In this document: piece after piece, positions 37,520 to 46,634 of the stretch | Numbering within the stretch: position 1 is the stretch's first letter | How the letters are laid out: every line of letters begins with the position of its first letter | Virus record (IMG/VR): IMGVR_UViG_2974580128_000001 | Origin: a virus | Lineage: Duplodnaviria; Heunggongvirae; Uroviricota; Caudoviricetes; Herelleviridae | Strand: one strand, 5' to 3' | Length of the DNA stretch: 64,000 bases | Notes under the pieces: generated by a model | Databases searched by the model: none | What the model was told of the DNA's origin: nothing | The model's input: the letters and a program-made list of their open reading frames with translations, nothing else | Program-made: the position numbers and the translations under genes

Positions 37520-38276
37520 GAGGAACCTCCTTTTTAAACCATTTAGAGTTTGTAAATGCTAATACATCATTTGCTAGGTATAACATGTAAGTCAGCATTA
37601 GTACATAAACTGCATGTCCATGTAAAGCTGTTTGAATCCATAGAGCTACTGACATTAGTCCTTGGAAAGTCCAGAAGTAATATTGTGCTCTAAAGCCTTT
37701 CACACACAGTACAGCTCCAACTAAACCAATCATTGCACTTGTTGCATCTAAGAAAGCCTGCGGTGAATGTAAAACAACCGTATCTAATAAGTATAAAGCA
37801 ACCCAGAAAACAACAATAAGACCTAATGTTTTAAGCATGTGTACAGGTTGCATTTTACGAGGTTTCAAACCCTCATTCCATTGTTTAGAGAAGATGATAG
37901 GAATATCTAACAAAACAATATAAGCAGTTTGCATAATAATATCACTGTAGTTACCTGTTACAGTTGCTACACCGATTAATAGAATAGCAGAAATAAATCC
38001 TAAAATACCATTAATTGATTTACCCATTGTAATTGTTACAGTACATGTAAATCCAATAATTCCTGCAATTGTAGCAGTAAACCCTGTCATTGTTAACCCT
38101 TGACCTTGTAGCATAGGTAGAATAATACCGGTAAATACTTGGACTGCCATTCCGACAAACCATAATACACGAGCTGATTTATTCCAACCAGTTAAACCAT
38201 CTTTATAATATTCGTAAGTGAATAATTTTTCAATATTTCCTTTGTTATCTTTCCAAAACTTTTTTAACTTGTCCAT
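37512..38276 (-). CDS. pnuC: PnuC-like nicotinamide riboside transporter (copy 1)
   Basis: polytopic membrane protein; duplicated motif ..TGNYSDIIMQ...IFSKQW.. and ..NDVLAFTNSKWFKK resembling PnuC repeats. Confidence 0.5.
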   Translation of the reverse strand: MDKLKKFWKDNKGNIEKLFTYEYYKDGLTGWNKSARVLWFVGMAVQVFTGIILPMLQGQGLTMTGFTATIAGIIGFTCTVTITMGKSINGILGFISAILLIGVATVTGNYSDIIMQTAYIVLLDIPIIFSKQWNEGLKPRKMQPVHMLKTLGLIVVFWVALYLLDTVVLHSPQAFLDATSAMIGLVGAVLCVKGFRAQYYFWTFQGLMSVALWIQTALHGHAVYVLMLTYMLYLANDVLAFTNSKWFKKEVPHA

Positions 38277-38293
38277 TTGTTATTTTTCCTCCA

Positions 38294-39115
38294 TTAAATA
38301 GCTTTCTCTAGTGTGTATAAGTCTTGATTGTCAGTAAACTTGCTTAATTCATGGAAAGGTAGTTTACCCTCTAATCTATTATATAGCTTCAATGCAACTT
38401 GTGTAGCGTGGTCTTTACACCAAGGTAAGCCGTTTAACTCACATAAACATTTAACTGTATCTACAGTAGATAGTGCCCCGACTTCACACAACTTACTCAA
38501 AATAATTGTTAACAAGTAAACACGGTCTCCCTTATCATTCACAAAGTCTTTATCTGTTACATCTAAAACAATTTTAGGGAATCCCATATCTTTTTGTAAC
38601 CAATTTTGATAGTTCTCATGATGGCGTTTAAAGTATTCGTATAATTCAGTACCCTCTTCTACTTTCTCAAACTCACGGGCACGTGCATTGATTCGTTTGA
38701 TTTCTTCTTCAAAAGAACAATTTAATACAATCATTAAATCGGGAGTCTTTTTAGGTAATGGTTCTAATTCTTTTAACATACGATTAAGCAATCGGTGATA
38801 AACTCCCTGTTCCATTTCTGTAACATGACCCTCTTGTACTAGTTGGTCTAAGAAGATACTGTCTTCAAAAATAGAACGGTCTAAAATACCGTTATCTACA
38901 CTCATAGCTTCTTGAATCATTTCGAAGCGTTTAGATAGCATATCTATTTGGAAAAGTAGTCCATACTTTGCTTTATCTTGGTAGAACAATTCAAGCATTG
39001 GATTTTCCTCTACCGGTTCATAAACTGCTTTTGTGTTTAAAAGATTTGCTAATATTTCTGTCATTGATGATTTACCTACACCAATAACTCCGGCTAATGT
39101 AATTATCATAACCAT
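38294..39115 (-). CDS. deoxynucleoside / deoxynucleotide kinase (dNK family)
   Basis: P-loop GVIGVGKSS at the N-terminus; ERS-like motif. Confidence 0.65.
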   Translation of the reverse strand: MVMIITLAGVIGVGKSSMTEILANLLNTKAVYEPVEENPMLELFYQDKAKYGLLFQIDMLSKRFEMIQEAMSVDNGILDRSIFEDSIFLDQLVQEGHVTEMEQGVYHRLLNRMLKELEPLPKKTPDLMIVLNCSFEEEIKRINARAREFEKVEEGTELYEYFKRHHENYQNWLQKDMGFPKIVLDVTDKDFVNDKGDRVYLLTIILSKLCEVGALSTVDTVKCLCELNGLPWCKDHATQVALKLYNRLEGKLPFHELSKFTDNQDLYTLEKAI

Positions 39116-39178
39116 CTCCTCTAACTTTTTCTTATTTTTGACAATATTAAGAGCCTGCTAGTCAGGCTCTAATAAACC

Positions 39179-41350
39179 TTACATATGTTTCACACGTGCA
39201 TCTATTTCTTTTTTACGTCCGTGTGCATTAGGACGAGCTTGTGGTTGACCCAAATATCCACATTGCCTTTTAACGACATCGCATGTTGCGGGGTCATTAT
39301 TCCCACATTGTGGACATTCGTAGCCGTCTGATGTGGGGTTAAACTCTCCGTCAAAACCACATTCATGACATTTATCAATCGGGGTGTTTGTTCCTAAATA
39401 ACCAACTTTATCATAGCTGTAGTCCCAAACAGCTTCTAACGCCTTAAGGTTATGAACTAATTTAGGGTACTCTACATAGTGAATAAAACCACCAGAAGCA
39501 TATTTTGGAAACTCTTTCTCAAAGTCAATCTTTTCAAAAGGTGTTGGAGCTTTACGAACATCATAGTGGAAACTATTTGTATAGTATTCTTTGTCTGTAA
39601 TGTTCTCGATGATTCCATATTTTTCTGTGTCCATACGACAGAATCTATCGGTTAGACTTTCACTTGGTGTTGAGTAGATAGAAAACCAGATACCTGTCTC
39701 TTTTGTCCATTCATCCTTTTTATCATAAAGCTTACGTAAAACATCTAAAGCAAACTCTTTTGCCTCTTCATGATGTGGGTCTGTTTTATCTTGCCAGTCA
39801 CCACCGTAGAACATGCTAGCAACCTCGTACAGCCCAATATAACCCATAGAAACCGTTGCACGGTTATTTATGAACAATTGTTTTACATCGTCATCATCGG
39901 TTAAATTAGCTCCAAAAGCACCATGTTTGTACAAGATAGGAGCATTCTTTGGTTGAGCTTCATAAGTACGTTCAATTCGATAAGCCAAAGCATCATGTAA
40001 TACCTTAGCTCGTTCTTCAAAAATTTCCCAGAAGACTTCTTTATCCCCTTCTGATTCAATAGCAATACGTGGTAAGTTAAGGGTTACTACTCCTAAATTC
40101 ATACGACCAGAGTTTACTTCGTTTCCATGTTCATCTTTCCATCCTTGTAAGAATGAACGACAACCCATAGGACATTTAAATGAGCCTGTTAGCTCAACAA
40201 TTTTGTCATAGTTCAAAATATCAGGGTACATACGTTTAGCTGAACATTCTAATGCTAACTGTTTTACTTCATAGTTAGGGTCTTCTGGTTTACGGTTAAC
40301 TCCGTCTTTAATAGTGAACAATAATTTAGGGAAGATTGCTGTACGTCCTTCTGTACCTAGACCTTGGATACGTACTTTAAAAATAGCTTTTTGGATTTCT
40401 CTTTCCCAACGTCCAGTACCTAAACCAAAACCAATAGACGTGAAAGGAGTCTGACCATTCGATGTAAATAACGTATTAATTTCATACTCTAGGCTTTGCA
40501 TTGCATCGTAAATATCTTTGTTTGTTTTCTCGATTGCATATGTTTCTGGCTCAGGAATACGATAACGTTTAGCATCTGTCATATGTTTTTGATAATTCAT
40601 TTCAGCATAAGGTGCTAATACTTCATCAATACGGTCAAACGAACAACCACCATATTGACTGGAAGCCACATTCGCAATAATTTGTGCTGTTTGTGCTGTA
40701 GCTGTTTGAATGGAATGTGGTGAACCTATTTCTGCGTTACCCATTTTAAACCCATTCTTCAACATATATTCAAAGTCAATCAAACAACAATTTGTCATTG
40801 GACGATAAGGTTGATAGTCTAAATCGTGATAATGAATATCTCCACGTAAATGTGCGTTAGCTACATGAGGAGGGAGCATTTTAAGACCCTCAACTTTGTT
40901 AACTGTACCTGCTGTAAGGTCTCGTTCTGTTGCAAATGTATTTGAGTCCTTATTTGCATTCTCATTGACAATAGTTTTGTCCTTTTCTTGTAGCTTACGT
41001 AATCTTACATTAATATCTGTATCACCTGCACGTTCAGCATCACGTAAAGAACGAAACTCAATATAGTTTCTAGCTACGTTTTTAGCAAAAGATTTCATTA
41101 ATTCCTGCTCTACAATACTTTGGAGTTTTGCAATATCGACACGTCCTGTATCGCTGTAATGCTTCACTACAAAGCGTTTAACACGTTCAGCTATAATCTC
41201 TCCTAAATCTGTTTTAGCGCCCGTAGCATCCTTCTCAGCTCGTCCTACGGCACGTACAATCCTTCCTTCATTAAACTTGACAGTTCTTCCGTCTCGTTTA
41301 ACTACAAAAATCTGTTTTGTCTTAACATCTACATCTTGTGTTGCTTGCAC
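39179..41350 (-). CDS. nrdD: anaerobic ribonucleoside-triphosphate reductase (class III RNR)
   Basis: 723 aa; C-terminal glycyl-radical motif ..RQCGYLGQ and CxxC zinc motifs. Confidence 0.85.
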   Translation of the reverse strand: MQATQDVDVKTKQIFVVKRDGRTVKFNEGRIVRAVGRAEKDATGAKTDLGEIIAERVKRFVVKHYSDTGRVDIAKLQSIVEQELMKSFAKNVARNYIEFRSLRDAERAGDTDINVRLRKLQEKDKTIVNENANKDSNTFATERDLTAGTVNKVEGLKMLPPHVANAHLRGDIHYHDLDYQPYRPMTNCCLIDFEYMLKNGFKMGNAEIGSPHSIQTATAQTAQIIANVASSQYGGCSFDRIDEVLAPYAEMNYQKHMTDAKRYRIPEPETYAIEKTNKDIYDAMQSLEYEINTLFTSNGQTPFTSIGFGLGTGRWEREIQKAIFKVRIQGLGTEGRTAIFPKLLFTIKDGVNRKPEDPNYEVKQLALECSAKRMYPDILNYDKIVELTGSFKCPMGCRSFLQGWKDEHGNEVNSGRMNLGVVTLNLPRIAIESEGDKEVFWEIFEERAKVLHDALAYRIERTYEAQPKNAPILYKHGAFGANLTDDDDVKQLFINNRATVSMGYIGLYEVASMFYGGDWQDKTDPHHEEAKEFALDVLRKLYDKKDEWTKETGIWFSIYSTPSESLTDRFCRMDTEKYGIIENITDKEYYTNSFHYDVRKAPTPFEKIDFEKEFPKYASGGFIHYVEYPKLVHNLKALEAVWDYSYDKVGYLGTNTPIDKCHECGFDGEFNPTSDGYECPQCGNNDPATCDVVKRQCGYLGQPQARPNAHGRKKEIDARVKHM

Positions 41351-41439
41351 TCAAAGTTCCACCTTTCTTACAATATCTAGTATACTTAGTATAGCATAAC
41401 AATACTTACAGTGCAAGATGTAATTGCCAACAAAAAATA

Positions 41440-41472
41440 AAAGACTACAAACTAAGTTGTAGTCTTTTTCAA
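41440..41472. terminator. bidirectional terminator hairpin
   Basis: aaaagactacaaactaagttgtagtcttttt: perfect 9-bp stem flanked by A and T runs. Confidence 0.55.
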
Positions 41473-41500
41473 CAAATATTACAAATTGATTAATTTTTTC

Positions 41501-41770
41501 TCAGATTAGCTCACCTAAGAAATCTTCACCATCATCTGGTTTCTTGTGCTTATACTCATCCGTTTTGAGCATTAGGTACTTGTTACCTGTTTCTACTTGT
41601 AACCTCTCAAAAGCTCTACGGTACTCCTCAGCACTAGATGTAGCATCTAGTAGGAACTTAGCATTAAGGATGGCTAAAACCGCTAGTAGCTCTTCTCGAC
41701 TACCAGACATCTGTACCTTAACTTTACCATCCTCAGTCGTATAAGCTCCGATTTTATTCTTGATTGCCAC
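41501..41770 (-). CDS. hypothetical protein
   Basis: 89-aa ORF. Confidence 0.5.
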   Translation of the reverse strand: MAIKNKIGAYTTEDGKVKVQMSGSREELLAVLAILNAKFLLDATSSAEEYRRAFERLQVETGNKYLMLKTDEYKHKKPDDGEDFLGELI

Positions 41771-41781
41771 AGTTACACCTC

Positions 41782-42612
41782 TTAATCTTTTAATTTAATT
41801 TTAGGCATAGCTTCAAGAAGTTTATTATTGAACTTTCCAGAAATAACAGCTTCCCCAAGTTCATTTGTTACCACGGAAATCCAGTAAGGAGACTTCGGTT
41901 TCAAACGATTGTTATTAACATCTAGGAATGCTCTAAACAATCGAGGGAAAGAGGTTACTCCTACTAATTTACTAGCAAGGTCATGCGCAATAACTTTCTT
42001 AGTGAAACGCTCTGCATTGAATGAGTCTAGCGTATACAACAAGAAATAAACTCCCTGCAACTGTGTGTTTGACCTAAAATCTGTTGAATCAATAAACTTT
42101 TGATATGACTGAGCAAACTTGACATATTCTTTATAGTTACGGAAACGGAACGCACCATCACGTACAACATCTGTTTTTCTTCCTGCTGTACTACTATAAC
42201 CTAACGCAGTAGAAATAGTAGAGGACACCCGTAATGCCGGATACGTAGACATCAAGTTCAACAGTTGTTTATAACTTTGGTATCCTGATTCGGCATACTT
42301 ATGGATGTAGTCTTCGACCTTCCATGATTTACTTGTACTATTCAATTCTGCAACATCAATGTCACTGTCATCGAACGTATAAGTAATGGGTAACCCAAGT
42401 TCACGAGCTACAGCTAAACGGTGTTGTCCGTCAATAACTTCCATCTTTCGATTTACTTTAATCTCAGTAAGAACCCCACGTTTCGAAATTGAGTCCCGTA
42501 AAGCCTTAGAAATTTTAACTGGTCTGTTTCCTTTTAGTTGTTTGAATTTAGACAGGTCTGCTGTTTCATAGACCTGTTTTACTGCTTTATCTTGCTTCTT
42601 TTCTTTAGACAC
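41782..42612 (-). CDS. ParB/Srx-like nuclease-domain protein
   Basis: N-terminal ..LKGNRPV...VIDGQHRLAVARELG ParB-box-like motif. Confidence 0.55.
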   Translation of the reverse strand: MSKEKKQDKAVKQVYETADLSKFKQLKGNRPVKISKALRDSISKRGVLTEIKVNRKMEVIDGQHRLAVARELGLPITYTFDDSDIDVAELNSTSKSWKVEDYIHKYAESGYQSYKQLLNLMSTYPALRVSSTISTALGYSSTAGRKTDVVRDGAFRFRNYKEYVKFAQSYQKFIDSTDFRSNTQLQGVYFLLYTLDSFNAERFTKKVIAHDLASKLVGVTSFPRLFRAFLDVNNNRLKPKSPYWISVVTNELGEAVISGKFNNKLLEAMPKIKLKD

Positions 42613-42630
42613 CTGTCATCTCTCCCTTAA

Positions 42631-42942
42631 TTATTTTTTGTATTGAATGCTTTGACTTACCTCAGTGATTTTCTTAACCTTTTTAAATACATTAGGATAA
42701 CATTTTTCCAAGGTATTTCGGTCTACACCAATGCGTTCATAGGCGCTAATAAGTTTGAAAGTTCCGTATTGAGATTCAACTTTTGTTTTCTTAAGTTGAA
42801 TCATTTGTTCAAGAATTTCTTTTCTAAGTTCATCTCTTTGCTCGTTTAAAGAATCAAGCAACTCCTGAACACGTTTGTATTCCTTAAAGTTGCGCTCTAA
42901 TTCTTTTTCTTTTACTTCTGTAGTTGTTAGTCTCATGACCAT
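42631..42942 (-). CDS. coiled-coil protein
   Basis: 103-aa ORF; promoter at 42968-42996. Confidence 0.5.
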   Translation of the reverse strand: MVMRLTTTEVKEKELERNFKEYKRVQELLDSLNEQRDELRKEILEQMIQLKKTKVESQYGTFKLISAYERIGVDRNTLEKCYPNVFKKVKKITEVSQSIQYKK

Positions 42943-42967
42943 CTCTCCCTTTCTTTACTATACTCAA

Positions 42968-42996
42968 AGTATATCATTACATATTATAAAAGTCAA
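42968..42996 (-). promoter_or_regulatory. minus-strand sigma-A-type promoter (TTGACT-17-TATACT)
   Basis: plus text agtata...aagtcaacac. Confidence 0.55.
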
Positions 42997-43036
42997 CACC
43001 TATCTTACAAAAAATTGCCAAAAAAATATTTGGCAA

Positions 43037-43267
43037 TCAGTTTTTGTCATCAGGTTCTAATAGCTTGTCCGCAGGCATATCAAAAATCCGAGCTAGTTTA
43101 GCTTGATTATTTGCTCTGGGTTTTTTGATTCCATGCTCCCAATAGGATACGGTTGACCAATGTACACCTAGTTTTTTAGCTACAGAACGCAAGGATTCAT
43201 GCTTTTCTTCACGAACACGTTTCAGCACCAAGGGTTTTGGCTTGCTTTCCACGATTCTCCCCTCCAT
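43037..43267 (-). CDS. XRE-family HTH regulator
   Basis: LRSVAKKLGVHWSTVSYWEHG helix-turn-helix. Confidence 0.65.
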   Translation of the reverse strand: MEGRIVESKPKPLVLKRVREEKHESLRSVAKKLGVHWSTVSYWEHGIKKPRANNQAKLARIFDMPADKLLEPDDKN

Positions 43268-43310
43268 TCTATATATAACTACAGCCCTAGGAAAACCTAG
43301 GGCAAGTAGA

Positions 43311-44843
43311 TTATTTAAGTGCTTCTTTTACAAAGTCGTATTCTGGTTTATTTAACACAGACAACATCATTTCTTCTGGGGAAGTAATTTCTCCGCCTAA
43401 CACTTGTGTTAAGATGTTTGTGGAGAACCCAGATACTAAAGCTGTTCCTTTTTCGTCAAAACGTACAGGTGTATTATCATGACGAGAGTTTACATTCCAG
43501 AATACTACAGATGGTAACTCGTAACCTGCCTGTTCGAACTTAAGTTTTGCTTGTTCATAGTTAGTGTAACCTGCCACACCTTGGTCAAATTCCATATCGG
43601 AAATAATAACGATTTTTGAAGGTAAATCATTTTGTGGTGTGTGGTTTTTCACCGCAGTAGATAAAATCAAGTCGAATACTTTTTGTAAATTTGTATTTCT
43701 AGCATTGTATGAACATTTATCGTAAGCTTTCATCTTATCCATAAGTGTACCTGACAATGGTAAGTTTACTAAACGAGGTTGTTCAGAAAATACGATGAAA
43801 TGACCTTTGAATGCACCACTTAAGCGTTCAGCAGTGTAGATAGCTAAACCTTCTGCAACTTCCCAAGGGGTAACATTTTCTGTACCACCCCATGTCATAG
43901 AACCAGAAGTATCCGCAACTACAATTGCATTATCTTCAATATCTTTCAACACATCGTCCATAGATTTCCATGTTGCTTCTAGTGAACGGTCTAATGTTCT
44001 GTAGTAACTTCTGCTACCATAAGCCCGAATTACTTCATGAGGTAACATGTTCTTTGCGTTCATTGTTACTTCCCCAGATTCTACTTTAGAAAGTAAATCT
44101 TCATATTCGTCTGGCATGTGTAATTGCAAAGCTTTACGGTATTTGAACAATGCTTTAGAGGATACTTGGTTCAAATCAATCTTATGGTATTCCTTGCTTG
44201 CTAACCGAACTTCAATTACATTTAAATAATCACGTAATTTAGCAATCATTTTACGATAACGAGTTAGACCTGCTTTACCTTCAAAACCTAAATAGTTAGC
44301 AATACGAGCACCTTGATTACGTTTCTTGCTATTTGGAGAACTTACATTAGCTAACCATTTACCTAGTAATGATACAGGCTCACCTTCTGACATGTTTTTA
44401 ATATCAGATGTTAGTTGGTTACCGATGATACGTGCACCTTCTGTATCCACAAAGTGAATACTACGTTTGTGTGCGTACTCCATAGTTTCAAATAAGTCTG
44501 TCCAACGACCAACATATGCCATGTACTCCATTAAAGTAACGATTACTTGCTTGTTTTGGTTACGACCATCCACTAAGTATTTGATTGCTTCTAGGTAAGC
44601 GGAACGTTCACCCAATCCACCTAAACGGATATTACGTAAGTGTACCAAATTGCGTAATGCTAACTCTGGGTTTTCATCGTAGGCTTTAGCAAACATGTTT
44701 CGTACATCTCCTAAACGACCACGCATAGCCCCTGCTTGTGCAAAGAAGTCTAAGTTAGCGTTTAAAGTTGATGTATAAGTTTTAGCTCCATTTTCTGTAG
44801 AACCAACAGTTGTTTCTTCTTTTAGGTTGTCTAAAAATGACAT
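43311..44843 (-). CDS. rsr: Ro60-like protein (Rsr ortholog: TROVE domain plus vWA/MIDAS)
   Basis: 510 aa; N-terminal TROVE-like helical region and C-terminal vWA domain with MIDAS motif DTSGSM; same architecture as bacterial Rsr. Confidence 0.7.
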   Translation of the reverse strand: MSFLDNLKEETTVGSTENGAKTYTSTLNANLDFFAQAGAMRGRLGDVRNMFAKAYDENPELALRNLVHLRNIRLGGLGERSAYLEAIKYLVDGRNQNKQVIVTLMEYMAYVGRWTDLFETMEYAHKRSIHFVDTEGARIIGNQLTSDIKNMSEGEPVSLLGKWLANVSSPNSKKRNQGARIANYLGFEGKAGLTRYRKMIAKLRDYLNVIEVRLASKEYHKIDLNQVSSKALFKYRKALQLHMPDEYEDLLSKVESGEVTMNAKNMLPHEVIRAYGSRSYYRTLDRSLEATWKSMDDVLKDIEDNAIVVADTSGSMTWGGTENVTPWEVAEGLAIYTAERLSGAFKGHFIVFSEQPRLVNLPLSGTLMDKMKAYDKCSYNARNTNLQKVFDLILSTAVKNHTPQNDLPSKIVIISDMEFDQGVAGYTNYEQAKLKFEQAGYELPSVVFWNVNSRHDNTPVRFDEKGTALVSGFSTNILTQVLGGEITSPEEMMLSVLNKPEYDFVKEALK

Positions 44844-44883
44844 CTGACATCTCTCCTTTGTATGGTAATGTTTTATCTAACAC

Positions 44884-44913
44884 CACTATAACATGTAATA
44901 TTATGTAAGTCAA
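44884..44913 (-). promoter_or_regulatory. minus-strand sigma-A-type promoter for rsr (TTGACT-18-TATAGT)
   Basis: plus text actata...aagtcaacac. Confidence 0.5.
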
Positions 44914-45029
44914 CACTTTTTGTAAATAAAAAACTCATCCGATTAAGAATGAGTTTGTATGTAATATCAAGAACCACAGGCTTAATTAAATTCAATAGTT
45001 TTAATTTGTTAGTTGATTGCTGTAGGGTT

Positions 45030-45615
45030 CTTTATGCTCTGGCAACCTAAGAGGTTAGAGCTATGGCAAAATACCAAAACCTTTTTGATATGTAACAAGA
45101 ATCTATTTTATACGTTGCTCTACCAACTGAGCTACAGGGGGAATCATCCTCCCGGCAGGACTCGAACCTGCGACCAACGGCTCCATAGGCAATAAAAATC
45201 GCTGTTAGATTCTTTATGTTCCGGCACCCATCAAGGATGGAACTATAGCTATGCTAAAACCGTTTTATTTATGTATCAAGAAGCAGTTATGCCACCAATC
45301 GGCATCCTCATAATTTGGGTTGAGAATATAGGAGTTGAACCTAAGTAAGGGTTTGCTGTATGCTTCTTTATGCTTCGGCGCCCATTAAGGGTGAAGCTAT
45401 GACCTAAGCCAAAACCGTTTTATTTATGTAACAAGAACGCATTAACTTTAAGCTTTACCAATTAAGCTATACCACCAATGGTGGCAGTTGGATTCGAACC
45501 AACAACTCACATTTTTCAGATGTATTAGTTTTAAAAGTTTGCTGTGGCGTTCTTTATGTTCCGGCTACCTGTTAGGTTGGAACTATGACATATGTCAAAA
45601 CCTTTTTATCTTGTC
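45030..45615 (-). ncRNA. three tandem circularly permuted tRNA-like modules (Y-RNA/YrlA-like tRNA mimics) separated by four copies of a ~75-nt repeat
   Basis: minus-strand order in each module is T-arm (e.g. GGTCGCAGGTTCGAGTCCTGCC), closed acceptor-like hairpin, D-arm (e.g. GTAGCTCAGTTGGTAGAGC), all bracketed by an imperfect closing stem; repeat units A 45031-45108, B 45196-45270, C 45352-45428, D 45540-45612 show compensatory changes in an internal hairpin. Confidence 0.55.
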
Positions 45616-45671
45616 TTTATAATAGCATAAACTATTCAAACTGTCAACTATTAATTTAAATATATTGAAAC

Positions 45672-45896
45672 TTATTTAAAAGCTCCAATATATTTAACAG
45701 TACCCTTGCATTTACGTGCAAAAGCTTCTAGCTCTTTACGAGCACCTAAACGGTCTGGTTGAGAAGACTGTACTGTAACTTCTTTTGGTACAGTAATTTC
45801 ACGAGTTTTCTTAACTGTCTTTCCGTTTTTTAACTTTTGTTCGTACTCTTCTGTACGAGTAGAAGTTGTTGAAATAATTCCGTAAAATTTAGACAT
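45672..45896 (-). CDS. small basic protein
   Basis: 74-aa ORF, RBS ggaggtcac. Confidence 0.5.
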   Translation of the reverse strand: MSKFYGIISTTSTRTEEYEQKLKNGKTVKKTREITVPKEVTVQSSQPDRLGARKELEAFARKCKGTVKYIGAFK

Positions 45897-45926
45897 GTTA
45901 TGTGACCTCCGGTCATTTTATTTTAA

Positions 45927-46008
45927 TGGGGAGTGATGGAGTTGCACCACCCGAGCTTTCGCAACTGATTTACAGTCAGCCCCGCTACTACTTACGGTAT
46001 AACTCCCC
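45927..46008 (-). tRNA. tRNA-Tyr(GTA) candidate, type II, atypical T-loop TGCAACT
   Basis: acceptor GGGGAGT/ACTCCCC, anticodon stem GCTGA/TCAGT with loop CTGTAAA, long variable arm. Confidence 0.35.
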
Positions 46009-46204
46009 GCATAGGTATGTATATATCAATACAATGTACAAGAACTTTTAGTGAGGTAGCTCTCATAGTGTATTAATGGGGTACATTGTGTAACTTCAAC
46101 TAGTATTGCCTCACACGTGACTAGTCTTATATACACAATGCCTACATACAACCCGATAGACCACCCTTGGTACGCATATTAAGAGGCGCAGGGTGATACG
46201 AATA

Positions 46205-46275
46205 TATGGATTGCAGGATTCGAACCCGCACCCTTTGGTTGGAAGCCAAAGATACTACCCTTATACTAAATCCAC
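46205..46275 (-). tRNA. tRNA-Gly(TCC)
   Basis: acceptor GTGGATT/AATCCAT, anticodon loop CTTCCAA, T-arm GCGGGTTCGAATCCTGC. Confidence 0.65.
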
Positions 46276-46395
46276 ATAATGTTAATAGGCGGGTACCCGA
46301 CAGCGAAGTATCATTCCTGTCTTGTCATTCTCCTATTAACTCCATAATACCTTGCCTAGAGTTGAGCTAGGTCTCACATTTATCGAAGGTATTAA

Positions 46396-46468
46396 TCGGG
46401 AAAGCAGGACTTGAACCTACGACCCCACGCTCCCAAAACGTGTGCGCTACCAACTGCGCTATTTCCCG
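46396..46468 (-). tRNA. tRNA-Pro(TGG)
   Basis: acceptor CGGGAAA/TTTCCCG, D-arm GCGCAGTTGGTAGCGC, anticodon loop TTTGGGA, T-loop TTCAAGT. Confidence 0.75.
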
Positions 46469-46547
46469 TTAACTTATACATATATTATAACACAAACTTA
46501 CATGATGTCAACAACTATTTGTAAGTTTTTTTAATTTATCCATTCGG

Positions 46548-46634
46548 GACAGTGTGCTTTAACCATTCAGCCACCCGCAGGGGTAACCCGCAGGACGGGA
46601 TTCGAACCCGTATACCACTGTCCTATTGGATAGG
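46548..46634 (-). ncRNA. fourth permuted tRNA-like module (T-arm ACGGGTTCGAATCCCGT, then D-arm-like GCTGAATGGTTAAAGC) closed by 8-bp stem GGACAGTG/CACTGTCC
   Basis: T-arm precedes D-arm on the transcribed strand; no complementary acceptor strands at the ends; outer inverted repeat at 46548-46555 and 46627-46634. Confidence 0.45.

Noticed and set aside
45013-45195. 60-aa plus-strand ORF (MIAVGFFMLWQPKRLELWQ...)
   Set aside because: Overlies repeat unit A and the first tRNA-like module; no RBS; translation of structured RNA sequence
45030-45615. Possibility that the four 75-nt repeats are a CRISPR array
   Set aside because: Repeat units are far longer than CRISPR repeats and are not identical (covarying substitutions). 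The 'spacers' are tRNA-like modules of conserved structure. No cas genes are present.
46040-46105. tRNA candidate bracketed by inverted repeat GTGAGG...CCTCAC
   Set aside because: Acceptor-like 6-7-bp stem is present on either strand but no T-loop or D-loop consensus on either strand; left as an unexplained hairpin
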